A DNA stretch of 27,599 nucleotides from Vitrella brassicaformis CCMP3155. Lineage: Eukaryota; Protista; Chromerida. The translations under genes and the position numbers were made by a program. Below the pieces are notes generated by a model. It was given only the letters and a program-made list of their open reading frames with translations, made no database searches and was not told where the DNA came from. Positions within the stretch are counted from its first letter, which is position 1. Each line of letters opens with the position of its first letter. Of this stretch, positions 22,414-27,599 are shown in pieces. The stretch lies in NCBI GenBank assembly GCA_001179505.1, contig CDMY01000721.1, positions 1 to 27,599 of the forward strand. The letters are read 5' to 3'.

Positions 22414-25369
22414 GTGTGCGGATGTGTGTGCACAGGTGCCCCCTCGTTGCCGGTGGTGGAGGCCACCATAGCGTCGGTCCACGAGGCCATGTTCGCCGGC
22501 GACCTCACATGCTCGGATCTTATTCAGGCCTACACACAAGTACGCTACGCAAGCCAGAGGGAGGGAGGGAGGGAGGGAGGGAGGGAGGCGTCACATCAAC
22601 ACAGGCACCGCACCCGAGGATGGGCGTATGTATCCGCCTGTGTGCGTTGTGTGCAGCGAATTGAGGCCTACGACCAGGCGACGGGCATGAATGCCATCCA
22701 GGAGGTCATGCCCGACGCCCTCGACATCGCAGCTCAGAAAGACCGACCGTAAGACACATACCATGCCATGGGAGCGAGCTGGGCGTAGGTAGTGGTTGCA
22801 GCGCCTTGCCTTGCCTTGCCTTGCCTTGCCTTGTGTGTCTGCGGGTTTATTGTGTGGCTGACGGCGTCCCTTGACAGCGGCAACCTGACCGATCTCCCAT
22901 CCCTTTTCTGTGGCCCGTGCTGGCGAAGGTGGGGACGACTGGGTGACATTCACATCACGCACACAGGGGATTTCGTTTGTGCCTTTGGAGTGAGTGGAAT
23001 CCGATTGTCCTCGTCGTGTGTGTGCAGGCCAACTATGACACGGTGGGTGTGGCGACCACAAACGGAGCTGCTGGTAAGAATGGATCGATGGATGGATGGA
23101 TGGATGGATGAGCAAGATCCGTCCAGTGTATTCTCCCGGGTCTTGCTTGGCTGCAGCGCTTGTCGACAACTTTCCCCCCGACGACGCACAACAGATCAGA
23201 GCACTCAAAGATGCAGGTAGGTAAGCACGACACTACCAACACAAGGAAGGAAGGTGTCCCGTTCGCCCACACAGGGATGCTTCCCTCCCCCCCCTGCTGG
23301 CTGTTCGTTCCATGGTCCAAACCAAACAGGGGGCATCATTCTGGCCAAGACCAACATGGCGGAGTGGGCGTATTCCGGCACTATCAGCATCGGCAGCGCC
23401 CACGGCGTCGTGAGAAACGCCTACGACCTGCAGAGGACCACCGCAGGATCCAGTGGCGGCACTGCATCGGCCGTCGCGGCATCACTCGGGTGCGTGTGTG
23501 CGTGTGTGGGTGGGTGCCTTCACAACTACACCCACACAGACACACTCTCTCTCATTATGTGCTGTGTTCCGTGCTGTTGGTTGTCGATCAGGCTGGTGGG
23601 TCTTGGCACTCAGACGGGCAACTCCATCTCAGGTCCATCAGGTTTCCTTGGACTGGTGGGTGTGCGGTCGACAATCGGCTTGACGAGCCGAGACGGCATA
23701 GTGCCGCTGTACCTCAGCAAGGACATCGGGGGGCCCATGTGTCGGACAGTCGAGGACGCCGCCAAGACCTTCACGCCCTTGGTGGGGTATGACCCCAATG
23801 ACCCCATTACAGAACTGTCAAAGGTCGGCGGAGGGAGGGAGAGGGAGACACATGATGGGAGGGGGGCCGGGGCACATCTATCTGTGTGGGTCTGTCTGGG
23901 TGGCCATGAAGGAAGTGGACTTGCCTGACGATTATACGGTCTTTATGGAAGGCGCCGATGGGCTTCAAGTAACCAACCACAGACTCGCCCAGACAGCGCG
24001 CCCTACCCTCGTGTGTGTGTGTGTGTGTGTATGCTGAATAAGGTGTGCGTATCGGGGTGATGCAGTCGATGGCCGACGAGGTGCCCACAGCCCACCCAGA
24101 CGTCATCAGCCTCTTCAACCAAGCCATCAAGTACACAGCACATTGGCCACACCGCACACCCACACAACGGCCGGCCGTGTCCGTGCTGTCTGTGTTGCCT
24201 TCCTTCCACTCCACCAGCGACCTCGAGGCAGCTGGTGCGGTGATTGTGGAAGATTTCAATATCACGGGCAACACGCTGGGTGAGGACTGGACGGGGTATG
24301 TCCAGGACATCGGCCCCACCGTCGGCCACTGGAATGTCAACGGCATCTGGGTCTCTCTCTGGTACCTAGGCTTCGCTTGCACGATGTCACACACACTCCA
24401 CCAGAATGCGGGATGTCGGCATGTGATGTGTCTGTGGTCTGTACCAGGTCGCAGCCAAATGGGTTCGAGCGGGAGAAGCAGATCGACGCCTATCTCGCTG
24501 CTTCAGGTGGGTGTGCAGACGCCACCTCATGAATGAGCACCTACATGCCCCCCCCCCTCCCCCCTCCCCCATGTGGTGCAGGGAGCCGGTTCAAGAGTGC
24601 TCGAGAGATCTACGCGTCTGGCCTATTCCACCCCTTTGCCCGAAGTGGGATGGAGAGTCAGCTGGCCGAGCAGAACCTCACTGACCTCGAGAGCTTCTGC
24701 GGCGAGGGGGCGGAGACTTTCCTTGAGAATCCCTGCAGGTAGGTGACACATACCTACCACCCACCCTCCCTTACTCCCACCCCCACCCCCACAGATACAC
24801 ACACACATGTCTGTCACACACACGCTGGTCTCTCTCTCATTTATTTCAGGATGGAGTTCCGGAGGAATCTGGCAGACTCGATGGACGCGGCCAATGTGAG
24901 TGTGATTGTGTACCCGTCTTGGCGGAACGAGCCCTACCTCATCGGCAACCACATGCCCTACGCCAACACGAACTGCGCACATATCAGGGTACACGACAGA
25001 CACCTAGAGGGGAGGGCATACCAACCACGACACACAGAGCATCACTCTCCCTACTGTCTTGTCTGTCCTCCCTGCAGCCCCAGACGGGCGCGCCGAGCAT
25101 CACGGTGCCGATGGGGTTCATCCAGCTGACGGCAGGCCCGCCCACCAGGCTGCCCATGAACATCGAGATGATTGCACGTTCATTCGACGAGCCATCGCTA
25201 TTCAAAGTCAGCCACTCAGACGGACAGAGGGGGGCACTGTGCTGTGTGTGGATGTCGCTCCACTCTCTCTCTCCCTGTGTGTGTGGCTGGTGTGGTGTAG
25301 GTTGCCCATGGGTATGAGGCCGTGACGAAGCACCGCTTTGCGCCTCCGCTGTTCATCGAGTGTGCTTAG
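21946..25369 (+). CDS. Amidase-signature (AS) family enzyme with a signal-peptide-like N-terminus and two apparent -1 frame breaks (possible pseudogene)
   Basis: Motifs [81 protein letters not shown] and [11 protein letters not shown]. Frame breaks at ~22912 and at the 23968/24043 junction. Confidence 0.85.
22370..22413 (+). repeat. Intronic (CTGT)n microsatellite, representative of many intronic simple repeats in the window
   Basis: About 11 CTGT units. Others include (GGAT)n at ~123-149, 13443-13469 and 23085-23110, (CCTTG)6 at 22804-22833, (GGGA)n at 22561-22586 and many (TG)n tracts. Confidence 0.95.
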
Positions 25370-26603
25370 CTTAGATTGGCACATAGCATATAGATAGACA
25401 GCTGGGAGAGGATAGATGGCTTTTTGCAGGCTACTTGGTGTGCAGTAGTTAGTAGGGTTCTCTGCAACTGTCTGTGTCTGTGTGCATGGTGTGTGTGTAT
25501 ATGGTGTGTGTGGTGTGTGTGGTGTCGGTAGCCGTGATGTTCGTGGGCGCTTATCTCCTGGCTGGGAGGAGGTCACCAGCGACACTGACTGTGGCCGGCC
25601 GACTTTTACGAGAACGGCATGACTCAGTCAATGTTCTGTGGCCGGCGTGTTTCTCTCTTGCCTGTCTGTCTACATGCCCGTGTTGGTATCGGTCTGTGCA
25701 TTCATCCGCGTGTGTGGTGTTGGTATTTGGTGGTGGTATTAGGTAGGTAGGCTGGATGGTAGGCAGGCAGGCAGGCAGCCAGGCAGGCAGCGAAGCGACT
25801 GAGGGAGCACCAGAGGGGTGACTGAGGGACACACGTGACGTGTGTCGTGTGGGCGAGTAGGTGGGAGGGAGGGAGGGTGGCTGGACGCAGCAGGTAGCAG
25901 ACATTCTGGGCGTCATTTGATTCATGGGTTGTGAGAGTAGAGCGGCCTCATGAACGGGTGGGCGGGATGTGTGTGTGCATGTTATGTGTGCGTGTGTGTG
26001 TGTGGATAGGCCATTGCAATCGTGTGGGGATACATGTATGTCATGTGCCTGCCTGCCGGTCTGCCTTTTTCAGGCCGTCTGCGGTCACCACGCTGTGCTG
26101 TTTTTGCTCCACGTCTTGTACGTGTGTGTGTGTGTGTGTGCGTGTGTGGTGTGCATAGCCATGGGTGTGATTGATCGATCGGGGCGTTGCGTGTGTGTGT
26201 GTGTTCGACGGGCAAGAATCGCACATCGTACGGTACGTCGTCTGTAATTGTTCTTCCGCTGCCTGCCTTCACTCACTGCCCGCCCCGACCGACACTTTCG
26301 TGTGTGAGCTGAGCGTGACAGGTAGGTAGCAACAGACAGAGAGGCCGGCAGCAAGACAATAGCATAAGAGCGAGTCAAGGAGAGAGAGAGTCTGCCATGG
26401 CATGCCAGGCTGTCGTGTGCGCATCTTTGTCCGTCTGACAAGGCTGAATCCGCACTCACTCGACACAGTGAGGGCACACGATGCCCACAAGGCATTCATC
26501 GTCTCTCGCTGTTTTGTGAGGGCATTCATTCGGGACCTGAGACGTCCCCTCTTCACTGATGTGATCCTCTCAGTTTTGACCGACCATCACAGCAGAGAGT
26601 CTG

Positions 26604-27263
26604 TCATGAGAGGGTGTCTTCCAGGTCTCTCGCTTCCACCAGCTCCTTGTACTTGTCTCCCTTCTCACGTATCTCATCCACAGACATGCCCTGCAGCTCC
26701 CTTGTGATGTCAGCCACCTTAGCGCTCTTCTTAAGCGGACACGTCTCCACAGAAGGCGCCTCATACGTCTTGCTCGGCCTGTCGGCCTGCGCCGGATCTT
26801 CCTCCACTTGCAGAACATAAGTGCCGTTCGCTTCAAGCCCCTCAAACCAGTCTGACTCACCGTCTTGTGATTTTTCTACTTGTTGGCCCTGTCCGTCTTC
26901 CATCGTGATAGCAGCGTTCTCGCCAAAGGCCAGTCTGATGCCGAACTCCTCGTCCAGCCTTGACATCGCCAGCCGCCCTCGCTCGACGTCGAATGGCTTG
27001 GTGTAGTGGAGGAACTTGACAGTCACAGCGCCCTTCTCCGGTGGGGCCGACTCGGACGCATCACAAGACTGTGCAGGCGGGCCAGGGGACTCACTTACAG
27101 CGGTAGGCTGCGGCTCCTCCGCTACTTGTGGTGGTTTCTTCTTGCGTGTTGGGGCCGATGGTTGCTGGCCTTTGGTGGCTGCTTTCGCTTTGCCTTTAGA
27201 TTGCTGTGCCTTCGGCCGGCCTGCTGCCTTGCCTGAGATGGACAAGGCCATCCGAAAAGCCAC
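26604..27263 (-). CDS. Hypothetical protein: Lys/Pro-rich N-terminus, globular-looking core and charged C-terminal helix; true start uncertain
   Basis: 219-codon ORF with protein-like composition (VTVKFLHYTKPFDVERGRL..LDEEFGIRLAF; LQGMSVDEIREKGDKYKELVEARDLEDTLS). It follows an in-frame TGA at 27270-27272. Confidence 0.55.
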   Translation of the reverse strand: MAFRMALSISGKAAGRPKAQQSKGKAKAATKGQQPSAPTRKKKPPQVAEEPQPTAVSESPGPPAQSCDASESAPPEKGAVTVKFLHYTKPFDVERGRLAMSRLDEEFGIRLAFGENAAITMEDGQGQQVEKSQDGESDWFEGLEANGTYVLQVEEDPAQADRPSKTYEAPSVETCPLKKSAKVADITRELQGMSVDEIREKGDKYKELVEARDLEDTLS

Positions 27264-27599
27264 TCTGAGTCAGGCCTCCGACGATCGCGCCCCCGTCTCG
27301 TCGATCGAGAAGCGTGCCTCCTTTCCCAAATCGCGCTCTCGAAAAATAAAGAACGCTGCAATCGCTGCACGGAGATCAGATTCGTCATTATCGCTACCAT
27401 CGGAGGATGGCGATGCACCGGGTGGATCACCCAATAAGGGATCACCGTAGCACCATCGCCACTCTTCCCACCATCGTCGCCACCATCGTCGCCAGTGAGG
27501 GAGGTGGTCTACAGCTGTGAAGGCCAAGGGACTCTCCCTCCCCAGGTAAGCGACGCCGAATGAATGAGCGAAAGGAGGACACGGCGAAATTGAGTCACG

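Noticed and set aside
828-24043. Programmed frameshifting or RNA editing as a common cause of the three single-base frame breaks
   Set aside because: The sites share no slippery motif, and conserved genes in the window (EF-G, TMBIM, ABA4-like) need no recoding.
25370-26600. GT-rich region with short ORFs
   Set aside because: Simple-repeat-rich intergenic or UTR sequence. No phase-consistent exons or homology recognised.
27-27527. Most long six-frame ORFs (e.g. 442-1236 -, 11476-12237 -, 18720-19547 +, 7165-7878 -)
   Set aside because: They are antisense or off-frame shadows of real exons, or read through microsatellite-rich introns (CVCVC, THTHT, MDGWMDG peptides) in GC-rich DNA.

Overview
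Eukaryotic, intron-dense, GC-rich genomic DNA. Short spliceosomal introns are full of (TG)n, (CTGT)n and (GGAT)n repeats, and one gene carries a bipartite plastid presequence. This is most consistent with a chromerid alveolate such as Vitrella brassicaformis (inference, not verified). Gene models were assembled by hand from splice sites and exon phases. The right two-thirds holds recognisable genes: an ABA4/DUF4281-family membrane protein (+), a TMBIM/Lifeguard (BI-1 family) protein (-), a secreted protein with about 15 tenascin-type EGF modules (+), a complete 15-exon plastid-targeted EF-G with E. coli-like signature residues (-), an amidase-signature enzyme with two apparent frame breaks (+) and a hypothetical protein (-). 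The left 11 kb is a duplication and shuffling zone. It contains a low-complexity gene with an in-frame tandem duplication of an exon block across a 300-N gap, and an inverted, rearranged pseudogene copy of that gene. It also contains a ~1.3 kb segmental duplication that gives an unrelated 6-exon gene the same upstream region, ATG and first 21 codons as the ABA4-like gene, making it a candidate chimeric gene. No rRNA, tRNA, CRISPR array or autonomous transposon was recognised.
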